Shown here: positions 26,601 to 38,969 of the stretch, in pieces | Position numbering within the stretch: position 1 is the stretch's first letter | Layout: each line of letters starts with the position of its first letter | Source: Felis catus | Lineage: Eukaryota | NCBI RefSeq assembly: GCF_018350175.1 | Contig: NC_058368.1 | Span: 184,948,001-185,012,000, forward strand | Reading direction: 5' to 3' | Length of the DNA stretch: 64,000 bases | Position numbers and translations under genes: made by a program | The notes under the pieces: generated by a model | The model's database searches: none | Seen by the model: only the letters and a program-made list of their open reading frames with translations | What the model was told of the DNA's origin: nothing

Positions 26601-27032
26601 TGCCCTCCAAAGAGACTAAAGCATGAGTTAGTACTTACTTCATAGGATTATTATGAGGATTAAATATGTTAATAAATGCATTGCTCTTAGAACCCTGCCT
26701 GGCATGTAGCAAACTCTCAAATGATGCTAGTTACTAAAATCTATTTTCACACTTTATACTAAGAATTGTGTTTATCCATACACTTGCCAACCTTTTAATA
26801 TACGTATTGATCTTCTAAACATTTGTAGATCTGAAAATTCAAATATACCTTCTAATTTTAAGTTCTATTTTGGTGATTACAGTGAAATTTGGTATCTTTT
26901 CACATGTTTATTGGTCATTTAGATTTCCTGTTTTGTCAGTGGCTAGTTCATGTCTTTACCATTTCCCTTTTGGGTTACTTATACTTTTCCTTAAAAGTTT
27001 TATTTTATCATAATTTTTTTCATGTCTTTTAG

Positions 27033-27116
27033 AATCCTGGTTTTGACTTCAGTGGAGCAGAAATCTCAGGAAACTACTCTAAAGGTGGACCAGATTTCTC
27101 AAATCTTGAGAAATAA
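27033..27116 (+). CDS. NUDCD2: NUDCD2 exon 4 coding part (stop TAA)
   Basis: tcttttag acceptor; NPGFDFSGAEISGNYSKGGPDFSNLEK*; spliced total 157 aa. Confidence 0.96.
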   Translation, partial: NPGFDFSGAEISGNYSKGGPDFSNLEK

Positions 27117-27512
27117 CCACTACTTTTTTTTTGCTGCATTCTGTGGATCTCAGCAGATGTTGCCAACTTAATCAAAGGAACAGATTATGTGATGGAAGGA
27201 AAATGTGGATACCTGCAGTTAACAAATTGCAAAATATATTTAACTATGGTTCTAAAAATTGTATTCAAATATGAATTACATAGGAAACATCTTAAATACT
27301 GTGGAAGCTATTCTACTAATAGAAAGTAACTTTTTTTTTGGACTTGTTTTTTTGCTCAGCATGAAGTTTTATATGCTGCATTTTACTAATTTCATATTTA
27401 ACCTGTATTTTTAATACAAAAAACATTAGGGTATAGATCATGTGAAATGACCGGGTGCCTTCAGGGACAATTAAATTTTAATTTCAATAAGTGTAATGCA
27501 GGAATAATGATC

Positions 27513-27518
27513 AATAAA
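27513..27518 (+). terminator. NUDCD2: Candidate NUDCD2 polyadenylation signal
   Basis: First canonical AATAAA ~400 nt after the stop codon. Confidence 0.6.
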
Positions 27519-28079
27519 CTTTTCTAAATAGGAATTGTGGACCCCTTTGTCTAAGTATACCAGTTCATACAAGGAATTATATTACTGAAAAAAGTTTTAA
27601 GAAAGGAAAAGTCCACAAATATATTCTGAGTAATGTAATTTCAAGAGTTAATGAAAATTTCTGAAGTAGCATATTATTCCTTGGGAGATGACTGTCAAGA
27701 AATTTGAAAAATAGTTAGAAACCTAACAATAGGAATGGATTAATACAAGACAGAAGCAGTAAAGTGAATGTGGTTATTGGGTGAGTCCTTTGTCAGTGAC
27801 AGAAAGCAAATTATGGTTAATGTTTATAAGCAAGTGACATAATTTTGCTCTTCAGTGATCCAGACACATAAGTATGGATTGTCTTAAAACTGTGATTCAT
27901 TCTTTTTATGTCCTTTGAAATTTAAAAATATTTCTGTCCAAAATTTTTAAAGGTTTTATTTTTAAGTAAGCTCTATACCCAGTGTGGGGCTTAAACCCAC
28001 AACTCCGAGATCAAGAGTCTCATGCTCCATCGACTGAGCCAGCCACCTGCCCCTAAGAAATATTTTAAACGTTCCCAAC

Positions 28080-31000
28080 ATTTAGAATAGTTACGTGTAA
28101 AGTACGCAAATTGTTTTCTTCCTGATCTGTTTGTAAGTTTATGATATGATGCTGCATCACCTCTGAGTACCTTAGTGTGTATTTCCTTCAAAGAACATGC
28201 TCTTACATCACAACAATACAACTATTAAAATCAGGAAATTAGCATTGATATCTTCTGACCATCTAATCCTCACATCTTCATTGCATTCAAGTTTAACTGT
28301 CCCAGTAATGTCCTATATAGCAAAAGGATCCAGTTGGAATCATGCCTTGCCTTTAGATTAGATGTCAGGTGTCTTTGGTCTACTTCAATCTGTACCAAGT
28401 CTTCATTTTTTCTTGACTTTTGCAGCCTTGGCACTTTTGAAGATTACAGGCTAGTTTTGTACAATATCCCTCATTCTGAGTTTTGTCTGATACTTCTTCT
28501 TGATTAGATTCAGGTTATGCATCTTTGGCAGGAATGTTACAGAAGTGATGCCACGTTCTTATTGCATCCTGTCATGAGTTAGTAACTTTAATTTGTCCTT
28601 TTTCTGATGGTCTTTACTTTAGATCACTGAATAAGTAGTGTCTGCCAGTCTTATCCACAGTAAAGCTATCCTTTTTTGGTTTATAATTTTGTGGGAAAGT
28701 AGTTTCAGGGTACTACCTTGTTTTCCATCAAGCTTCCAACTTATATCTATATGGACTCATGATTTGCTACTTTGTTCAGTGGGTTAAAATCTATTGTTAC
28801 CATTACTGTGATGCTCACAGTTTTTCTTGATTTGGCCAGGGGAAGACCATTCTAGGTGACTTCTGTCCTTTTGACATGTCCCATCATTATTTGAGTAATT
28901 TCTTACTCCCTTCCATAAGATATAACAGACTTATGGTTTCTCTGCCCTAGCTCAAGAAAAAGCCTTTTTTTTTTTTTTTAACGTGCCCTGTTTTTTTTAA
29001 ATGGAGGATGGTATTTAGAAGCCAAGATATGTGTGCTAGTGAGCAATTGCTGTTGGTGTGTGTGTATGTTGCTTATATATATCTGTATTTATTTCTATAT
29101 GTATATTTAAAACCATGAGTTCACACTTAACGCTTTCATTTCTGATCCCGTGGGGTTCATTTTTCTTTTCTCCCTTCCTATAAAACAATAACAGTGAGAA
29201 GCCTGATTCCTATATTCTTAATGTATTTGGCTCCCTATACTAGGTCATCTTCTCATCTTCTCATGAATTCTTTCTTTACTCTGCTCAGGCTCCCGACACC
29301 CTGCTCCAAGCAAGGATATCCTCACCTGCTTGCACCCGAACACCCTATTATGGGCCAGTGCAACCCAGCCATACCCTTTGTCAAAATGTCTACCTTGTTC
29401 ACTTTACCCAGTTACTTTAGGAATTAATTGTTGGGGAAGAGGCTTTTTTCTTCTAATTGGCTTCTCTTCTTGACATTTAGAAAAAAAAATACTTTGAATA
29501 AACAGTAAATTTAACTCTCCTGTTCATAGTTTTATAAATTTAAAAAAAAACGTTTATGTATTTTGAGTGTGAGCAAGAACCAGCAGGGGAGGGGCAGAGA
29601 GAGAGGGAGACAGAAGCCTGAGCAGGTCCATACTGTTAGCACAGAACCCAATACAGTGTTCGAATTTACAAACTGTGAGATGATGACCTGCGCTGAAATC
29701 AAGAGTTAGATGCTTAACCGACTGAGTGAGCCAGGTGCCCCCATAGTTTTGTGAATTTTTAACATATTGATTCTGTTCATAAGTTTTGTGAATTTTAACA
29801 TGTAGAGGTATGTGTAAGCACCTCATAAATCAGGAGATTGAACTCTATGCCCCACACTGGGCTCAAATTCATGACGCTGAGATCAAGTAGACCCATGCTT
29901 TACTGACTGAGCCAGCCATGCACCCCAAGAGGTTAGTTTAATCATCACAAAAACAATGCTCTTCTTTGTAGTCATACCCCACTCCTAGCCTCAGACCCTG
30001 GCAACCACTGATTAAGACTGTCTCTAGTTTTGTCTTTTCAAGAATGTTACAGCAATGGAATCATACATAATACTAAAAAAAAAAAACAAAAAAAAAACCC
30101 AGCTTTATTGAAAAATAATCCACATAGTATACATTTCACCCATTAAAAGTATATAATTCAATGGTCTTTAGTATAGTCATCTATTCAGCCATTACTATAG
30201 TCAGTTTTCATTTTCATCACCTCAAAACTCATTCCTTTTAGCTATCAACTCTCTCCCTTGATGGAACCCCCAGCCAAGCAACCACTGAATAATCTGCTTT
30301 CTTTCTCATAAATTTCTCTTTTTTGGGCATTTCATATACATGGAATCATAATATGTGGTCTTTTGTTACTGGCTTCTTCACTTGACATAATGTTTTAGTT
30401 GTTTATCCGTGTTCTAGTACGTCAGTATTTCAATCTTTCTATATGGCTGAATAATATATATTATTCAGCCGAATAAGCCGTTGTATAACTGCCACACATT
30501 TATCCATTTGTCAGTTGATGGACATTTGGGAGGTTTTTACCTTTAGGCTATTATTAGTAATAATAGCCAAAACATTCAAGTTCAAGTTTTTATGTGCGTG
30601 TATATTTTCATTTCTTACCTAGAAGTTCTATAGAAATTATGTCTGATCATTTGAGGAATTTCTGGATTGTTTTCCAAAGTTTCTACACCATTTACATTCC
30701 TACCAAATATCTCCACATCTTTGCCAACACTTTTTATGCAATTTTTGTTTTTTATTTTAGTCATCCTAGTGGGTATGAACTGGTATCACACTGGTTTTTT
30801 GTGTTTCCCTAATGACTAATAATGTTGAGCATCTTTTCTTGTGCTTATTGGCCATTTATATATCTTCCTTGGAGAAATGTTTATTCAGATCCTTTGCCCA
30901 TTTTTAATTGGATTATCTTAAGAGTTCTTTATATATTCTGTATGCAGTCTCTTATATTATTTGTATGTATTTTGTTCTTTTGTGTAGTTTTTTCACTTTC

Positions 31001-33830
31001 TTGATGGTGTCTAAAAAGTGTGAATGTTTTTAATTTTGATGTATTCTAATAGATCATGCTTTTGGCATTGTGTCTAATAACTCTTTGTGCACTCCTAGGT
31101 TATGAAGATTCTTTTCCAGTGTTTTCTTCTAAAAGTTTTATTGTATGTTTTACATTTAGATCTGTCACTTATTTTTTTTTTGTATAAGCTGTGAAATCTA
31201 GTTCATATTTTTGCATGTGGATGTCTAATTATTTCAGAATAATTTATTGAGAAGGCATTTCATTCTTCATTAAATTGTTTTTGCACTTTTGTCAAAAATT
31301 AGTTGCTATTTATATGGGTCTGTTTTTGGTCTTCCTATTGTATTCTATTGATCTTTGTGTCTGTCCCTTCACAAATACCACACTACCTTAATAATTGTAA
31401 TTTTGTGATAAGTCTTAAAATTGGGTAGAAGATTCCTTAAATTTAATTCTTTTTTAAAATTGTTTTGGCTGTTTTAACTTCCTTTGCCTTTCTGTATAAA
31501 GTTTAGAATCAGCTAGTGTATATCTACAAAAAAGTCCTGCTAGGGTTTTCATTGGAATAGCATAAGTCTTCAATCCATGAATGTGGGGCATCTCTCCATT
31601 TAGGATCTCTTTGATTTCAATCATGAGCGTTTTGTGATTTTTAGCTTGTAAAGCATTTACATCTTTTGTTAGATTTATTCCTAAGTGTTCATTTTGTGGA
31701 GCTGTTTTAAATGATACATTTTTTGAAATTTCAGTTTCTAATTGCATATAAGTAGTGTATAGAAATGTTGATTTTGTTTGTTGACCTTGCATCCTGTGAC
31801 CTTCCTAACCTTTCTAAACTTATTTCTAGGGTTTTTTTGTTATGAATTCCTGGGATTTTCTTCATAAACCACAAACAGGAGGTTTTATTTAATCAGTACT
31901 ACTCCATAAGTCTATTTGTTCTTGCCCTATTGCACTTGCTATAAGAATAGAAGTGGTGGAAGTTGCCATCCCTGTCCTGTTTGATTTTCAAATTTTGATT
32001 TAATTTTCAAATTTTGAACCTGCTTGTATTTTCCCACATCCCAGACTTGGTCATGGTATTTTACTGCAGTTTATGTATCTGGATTTGTTTCTTGAAGATT
32101 TTTGTGTCTGTTCATCTGGGGTACTGGTCAGTAGTTTTGGTTTTTGTATTATATTTATCTTGGTTTGCTACCAGGGTAATGCTAGCCTTATAAAATGAGT
32201 TGGGAAGTGATTCTTCTACTTCCTAGAAGAGATTTGTAGAATTTGTTTTGCCTTCTTTCAGTGTTTCATGGGATTTTCCAGTAAGATTTTAAACAACAAA
32301 TTCAGTTTTTTTTTTTTAAATTGTTTTAGGTAATCTTTGCACCCAGCGTGGGGCTCAAACTCATGACCCCAACCAAGATCAAGAGTCACATGCTCTACCA
32401 ACTGAGCCAGCCAGACACTTGAATTCATTTTTTGTTTTCAATTTTTAATTTTTTTTCAACATTTATTTATTTTTGGGACAGAGAGAGACGGAGCATGAAC
32501 GGGGGAGGGGCAGAGAGAGAGGGAGACACAGAATCGGAAACAGGCTCCAGGCTCTGAGCCATCAGCCCAGAGCTCGACGCGGGGCTCGAACTCACGGACC
32601 GCGAGATCGTGACCTGGCTGAAGTCGGACGCTTAACCGACTGCGCCACCCAGGCGCCCCAATTTTTAATTTTTTTAATGTTCATTTATTTTTGAGAGAGA
32701 GAGAGGAAGAGAGAGAGCACGAGTGGGGAGGGAGAGAGAGGGAGACAAAATCCAAAGCAGGCTCCAGGCTCTCTGAGCTGTCTGCACAGAGCCCGATGCA
32801 GGGCTCGAACTCAAAACTCTGAGATCATGACCTGAGCCAAAGTCAGACACTTAACCAACTGAGCCACCCAAGATTGAATTCAGTTTTTAAAAACAGAACT
32901 TACTCAGGTTATCTAGTTTTAGTTTACATTATTTTAGTTTAGATCTGGTAGTTTGTGTCTTTCAAGGAACCGATTCATATAACTCGATGTGCATAGTTGT
33001 TTGTGTTAGGTCCTGAGTGTCCTTTTAACATAGTGGTACCTCTTTCAGGCCTGAGATTGGTCATTTATGTCTTTTTTGTCAGTCTTGCTAGAGACTCATC
33101 AATTTAATTGCTTTATTCAAAGAACTGGTTTTTGGTTTTGTTGATATTCCTTATTGTTTTCAATTTCATTGATTTTTTTTTTTAACCCCTCCTTTTTTTA
33201 TGACCATTTTCCATCTGCTTGCTTTGGGTTTATTCTGCTCTTTTTCTAGTTTCTTTCTGTGGAAGGTTATTGAGACTTTTTTTTTTTTCTTAATAAAAGC
33301 AATTTGTGAATTACTCTAAGCACTAGTATAGCTACATTTCATGCATTTTGATATTTTCATTGAGTTCAAAATATTTTACTCCCTTTAGACTTCCCTTAGA
33401 GCCATGAATTATTGAGAAGTCTGTTGGTTTCCAGGTGTTCGTAGATTTTCCTGTTACTGTTCTTAATTCCTAGTTTATGATCAGAGAACATACTTTGTAA
33501 TTTTAGTTATTTTAAACTTCTTAAGGGTTGTTTTGTGACTCAGGATATGGTCTGTTTTGGTGAATGTTCCATGTCTATTTGAAAAGAATACTTAATCTGC
33601 TATTATAGGATAAAGTTTTTTATGTCAGGGATTCAGTTAGTTGTTGGTATTATTCAGTTTTTGTATATTCTTGTTGATTTCCTAGCAGTTCTATAGATTA
33701 CTGGTGTTTAAGTCTCCAGATGTAGTTGAAGCTTTGTCCATTTCTCTTTTCAATGCTGTTTTGGCTTCTTGTATTTTAAGTTCTAATGTCAGGTGCACAC
33801 AAAGATTTTATTCCTGATTTTAATTGCTCC
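28080..33830 (-). mobile_element. Large composite of old antisense L1 fragments with several CAN-SINE insertions
   Basis: T-rich degenerate L1 ORF2/3' UTR motifs (ORF 31454-31792 resembles L1 ORF2: HLGINLTKDVNAL...); SINEs at ~29550, 29840, 32325, 32445, 32675. Confidence 0.8.
32445..32659 (-). mobile_element. Young felid-type CAN-SINE
   Basis: Near-consensus with CpGs retained; aatttttaatttttt on both flanks. Confidence 0.9.
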
Positions 33831-35244
33831 AACATCTATTTTGTCAAATTGACACAAAAAATTGGCATGTCTGTTTTTATCTTTATTTTTTTTATGGATG
33901 CTCTACCCCCAGTGTGGGACTGAGACTCATGACCCCAAGATCAAGAGTTGCATGCTGTACTGAGTGAGCCAGATGCCCTCCTCCCCGCCCTAAATTGATG
34001 TCTGTAAATCAAGCCTATTTGGCTTATGTTTACTCATTTTCGTTTATGAAAATTACAGATTTTAAACTTAGTAAGCAATAACACATCTTATAAAAATCAT
34101 TTTATTAGTAAAAATAGGAAAAGTAAATTCCACAGTATTATTTTCTGATCATGATGGTGGCACTGAAGTTCATGTGGCCAGAAAATAGTTTCAGTTGTAA
34201 AGTACACAATTTCATAAGTCCATGTAATTGTCTATTTTGGGAGGTAATGTGCAGTGGTTAAGAGCACGGTCTTTGCCTGGATTTAAATCCTCATTCCCAA
34301 ATATCAGATATGTGACCTTGGGCTAATTGCTCACCTTTTGTGTGGCTCCAGTTCATTTGTAAATTGGGATACTCTGATTTGATTTGGAGGATTTGAGATG
34401 ATTCATATGAAACATGACAGTAGTACCTGACAGTAGAAAACTATCATTGCTAATCACAAATGTTAGATCTAGAAATGTCTGTTTTTATATTTTTAAGTAC
34501 TATGCCCAACATGGGGTTTGAATTTAAGACCCAGAGATTAAGAGTCACATGCTCTATAGATAGAGCCAGCTAGGCCCCCCAGAAATGTGTTTTTAGATAG
34601 TATGTTACATAATTTGAAATACAGAAGGTTCAGGTGCCCTTTTGAAAACTAACACTGAAAAGAGGGGTTATTAAGTATGTCTAAGCTAAGTGCAAAAGGA
34701 ACTTTCCTTTATTAACAGTTTTTGTATCAGTAACTCCTTGCAATGTTCACATTGTCTTCTTAGTTTAATTAACATAATTGCTTCAAAATCCTGTTGTTTC
34801 AGTTCAAATTACCAATTGATCTAAGCAGGCTAACACAGCACCTGGTTGTTAATCTGTCATTACCAAGCACATTGCTGGAATGCCCTTTAAAGTAAGACAG
34901 TTTGTACAGAACTTCAAGTGGGCTGAATATAAGGGAATTTGTACTGAGGATATCCACAGTAGTCATGAATCTACATGAGGGAAGTAACCAATGTTGCATA
35001 AACACCACCTTTTTAATGCACATTAAAACATTTGTCCTAATCTTGTCTTCTAAAAAGCCATTAGCAAGTAAAGCAACAATTAGGTAAAAGCTATACTATT
35101 GAGATTTTGTTCCTGCTACTGTGCATCTTACTTTCCTGCTAAATTTAAATTTACTGAGTGGAGATAGCTTTTTATTGTGGTTCTGGCATCACATTGCCAA
35201 AATAGTTAAACCAGAAGAGGAACAAACACAAACTACCCAGCAAA

Positions 35245-36676
35245 GGAATGCATGTCAGTAACTTTATTGAAAGATAAATCCCTTAGTACCAAAACATAAT
35301 GGTAGTTGGTTAGGCTGCCTTTGCCAACTCAGAATTAATCACTGATGAGGTCAGATTATTGAAATAGATGAGCCTTTTGGGAAAACTGAGGTTATCCACA
35401 AAACACAGTTTACAAAACTATAAGATATATTATGGTTCTTTGGTTTATTTTCCAGGCACATTTACCCATAACATGTCAAATTTGGGTAGAGCCATTCTGG
35501 ATGGACTCAGGCTATTACTCACTGCACTGCATAACTGTTTACAACACTTTTAATGCCATAGATCTCCTTATAGACTTAATAGAAAATCCTGAATACTACC
35601 TTAGCAACTTCATAATTATGAAGACATCTCTTACTTTAATGACTTTCTTTAGGCACAAGAGGGACAATTAGTGAAAGTATATTCTCTTCCTTTTAAAATT
35701 CTAAATTAGCAGTTCTTTTTTTAAATGTTTATTTATTTTTGAGAGAGAGTGCGAGCATTGGAGGGGCAGAGAGAGAGGGGGACAGAGGAACCAAAGCAGG
35801 CTTTGCACTGACAGCAGAGGGCACGATGCAGGGCTCATGAACCGTGAGATCGTGACCTAAGCCAAAGTTGGATGCTTAACCGAATGAGCCAACCAGTACC
35901 CCCTGGAATAGCAGTTGTTACAAAAACAGCCCTTAGTAGAAGCTTACGGAGTGTTAAATCAAGTTTTTGGAGTGAAGTTAATTTATTCTGAATTACACAA
36001 ACCAGTTTTTCTTGATGGGATTAGACGGAGGCAGTAGATATTGTGTAAGTTTTGTCATGGATACAAATATTACCTGTTTTTTAGAAAAAAATATTAAAGA
36101 TAACCTAATATGCCAAAATGACTAGGGCTGTAGTTTTGCTTTTATAAAATGCCCTCAAATTTAAATGTGATTTCCAAGTAGCAATAAAGTCCACATCTCT
36201 GGATTATCTGTTTGCACTACAGGTACCAAGAAACCATTTTCACTGCCTAAAACAGTAACCCTTATTATGCCTTAAAAGTGCATTTGTGAATTGTTGGTTT
36301 TGATGTATGCCTCATAATTTAGAATTTAATTAGGTTACCACTTTTAATACCACCTAAATACAATATACTGACCCAATCTACAAAGTTGGATCAATGTTTG
36401 AAATGAAGATTCACAGTTAACCTTCCCAGGCCTGTTACTAACATTTCACATTTATACTCTTAGCTTTGATTTGTATGCCTCACAGATGAATTCAAATTTA
36501 ATTATAATTCCACTACAGCATGTTAATTAGGTAGTTTTCCCAAATCTGAGAACATCAATGCTAATCTCGTTGTGATGTTTTGAGGCTTCACAGCTTAAAT
36601 CCATTATAACATTATGGAATCCATAGCTCAGGATTGTGGAGAAAGGCTTCAGAGGAGTATTGTCATTGTAACAATC
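35245..36676 (-). other. CCNG1: CCNG1 terminal exon (3' UTR only)
   Basis: Acceptor ttttttgtttaaatag ending at 36677; downstream sequence resembles the mammalian CCNG1 3' UTR as recalled; AATAAA (-) at 35263-35268 and 35171-35176; 3' end approximate. Confidence 0.8.
35715..35903 (-). mobile_element. CAN-SINE inside the CCNG1 3' UTR (sense to the mRNA)
   Basis: Reverse SINE body on + strand; tagcagtt at 35707 and 35909. Confidence 0.87.
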
Positions 36677-37468
36677 CTATTTAAACAAAAAATCAAGTTA
36701 TTAGAAGTCTACAAAATATAAATATTAACTATTAAAAATCAACTGTTCAATTGAAGATTTATAATCATATCATACGTAGATGTGTTAATATTTAGTTTGA
36801 ATAGGAAAAAGTGAAATCACCACTCAGGTAAATTTAGATGGCACCAATGTGTATCGTATCAGTGACAAGGTTTACATTTTTTATGCATATAACTATTTTC
36901 CAGTGTTCTGCTATAGCAATGGTATACAACTACAGCACTGAGACACCCTGGCAGTTTGCAGATACCCAGTGTGGAGATCATCTGCCATAACTTACTTTAA
37001 GAATAACATCCAATTTCATACTGATTTTGTTTATAAGTCAATAGTCTCAAATTACTTCATTTATGGTTGAAACTTTTGGTCCTGTTGTCCTACTCAGGCT
37101 AGTGTTAACTTTAAATGTGCAAGAACTTGAGTCTACATAAAGCAAAATGAGGTGAAAAATACTGTCTTAGTGCTTCTTTTACAATTCAGCTTATTAAGGT
37201 GATTTTCTAAGCTGATAATTTAATGAAGTGGCCAATGTGCATATCAATGATTGGATAAATTCCTTACTCAGGGCATTCTATTTTAAATGTAGTACATGCC
37301 CTCAAATATTAGCTAACTAGATCAGTGAAGTCATTTTCTCCATTGCTATTTTAATTCCATTGCTTATTTTGAAAATAATTCAGATTTTAATTCCTCAACT
37401 CTAGAATAAAACTGTAGCATTAGAAGATTTTCTCTGTATGGAGAGTAACTATGAACCAAATTTACCAA

Positions 37469-37660
37469 TTAAGGGACCATTTCAGGAATTGTTGGAAGGT
37501 GGGTTATTCTGTAGTAACTATGTTTCAATTGCCGTGCTGTACGTCCAGAAACAATCCATTTCAATTTTTGAACATTTGGTTTGGAACACTTGTTTGATGA
37601 ATATTCAGTTAAACACTTGGATACAAGCTCTTGCCAGAAGGTCAAATCTCTGCCACTTAT
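37469..37660 (-). CDS. CCNG1: CCNG1 exon 6 coding part (stop TAA)
   Basis: gtacag acceptor; ISGRDLTFWQELVSKCLTEYSSNKCSKPNVQKLKWIVSGRTARQLKHSYYRITHLPTIPEMVP*; spliced total 295 aa; donor gtaaat 3 nt after the stop. Confidence 0.97.
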   Translation of the reverse strand: MSGRDLTFWQELVSKCLTEYSSNKCSKPNVQKLKWIVSGRTARQLKHSYYRITHLPTIPEMVP

Positions 37661-37889
37661 CTGTACATAAAAAAAAAATTATCAGTCAATAAAAAAGTCC
37701 TATAGTATTTAACTATAGCAATAATTGTCATCTTCCTAACATGTGTCTTTCCTTGTCAAATAAATCTGAGGATAAGCTACTTACTTTTCAAACAGACACA
37801 TGACATCTCATTTTACTTCAGGAGATAGTACAAGTGGTTTAGTTTCTTTTACAGCTGTTAACACCATTTAGGCTATGACCTTGACATAC

Positions 37890-37988
37890 CTTGGAATGTG
37901 TCTGAAGACATTCTATTCCTTCTGTTAACTCTACACACTTCTGTGCTTGGATCTCCAGTGCAATGATAGACAATGCCAACACAGAAGG
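37890..37988 (-). CDS. CCNG1: CCNG1 exon 5
   Basis: tcttttag acceptor, gtatgt donor; 99 nt; PSVLALSIIALEIQAQKCVELTEGIECLQTHSK. Confidence 0.96.
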
Positions 37989-38067
37989 CTAAAAGATAAA
38001 ATTTAAAGTAGGTATTGAATAGAAAATAGGTATATAAATAGGTTTAATCTTTATATAAAATATTTAC

Positions 38068-38146
38068 CTTTGCTTTAGAAAATATGATCCTGCAGTGGCA
38101 TGCCTTAAGCTGAGCTTCTAGTCTTTCAAAATTAAGACTATTCTTC
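38068..38146 (-). CDS. CCNG1: CCNG1 exon 4
   Basis: tttaaag acceptor, gtaaat donor; 79 nt; KNSLNFERLEAQLKACHCRIIFSKAK. Confidence 0.96.
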
Positions 38147-38715
38147 CTTTAAAAAGAAAATGAGATTAATTTTACATAGAAAATTTAAATGTAGTCACAA
38201 GAGATTTTTAGAACACTGAAATCATTTTAAAGTAAAGTTTATGCACACTTACCACAGAAAATAAATTATTTGAAGAATTCCTTCAATGGCATTAACTTCT
38301 TAAAGATGTCATAAATGAATTTTAAATAATTGGTTCCCCCTTCTTAAAAAATGTATCATGCCACAACTACCCAGTTTTTTAATCTATTTGTACACCTACT
38401 AAAGTTCTTTTTCCATAAATCTGTTAGATGCTTACTTACTAGGTTCTATGAGTTAACTAGTCTATAAATGGAAAATGTAATAAAAAAATGTAAACATGTC
38501 CTTTAATCCTAAGAATTGGCCTTCACAGACTTCAAGAAGCTGCTGACAGCTTCTGCTGGATAGTGAAGTGAAAGTGCTGAAGGTGTCATTTTGTTTACTT
38601 TTTTTCCCCTCATTTTACTTATTTTCATTAGAATTATCCCAAGATACTGATTATTTGCAACATCCAGAATACCATTTTGATTTCCAAATCTTTGGGCAAA
38701 ACAAAGGTCACATAC

Positions 38716-38969
38716 CTTTCAATTGGCAAGTTCTCTTGAATGAGTGAATAGTAGAGTTGCAGAAATTGAAAGGCAGTAGTAGCTTTGACTTTCCAACACA
38801 CCTTCTCCAATACAATCTTTTCCATTCTCATCAAGTCTGAAACTGTGAACCTATACTGGCTTATTCGGATCAAGTCAGTTGCCAATGGGACATTCCTTTC
38901 CTCTTCTATTGATTTTACAGCCAGATAGAAGCAGCTCAGCCCAACACACCCAAGGTGTTTGGGCTGTAC
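38716..38969 (-). CDS. CCNG1: CCNG1 exon 3
   Basis: tttttag acceptor, gtatgt donor; 254 nt; VQPKHLGCVGLSCFYLAVKSIEEERNVPLATDLIRISQYRF...ENLPIE(R); cyclin box. Confidence 0.97.

Noticed and set aside
29742..29802. Short direct repeat gttttgtgaatttt(t)aacat (similar ones at 47058 and 60861)
   Set aside because: Small slippage or TSD-type duplications in repeat-rich DNA with no functional context
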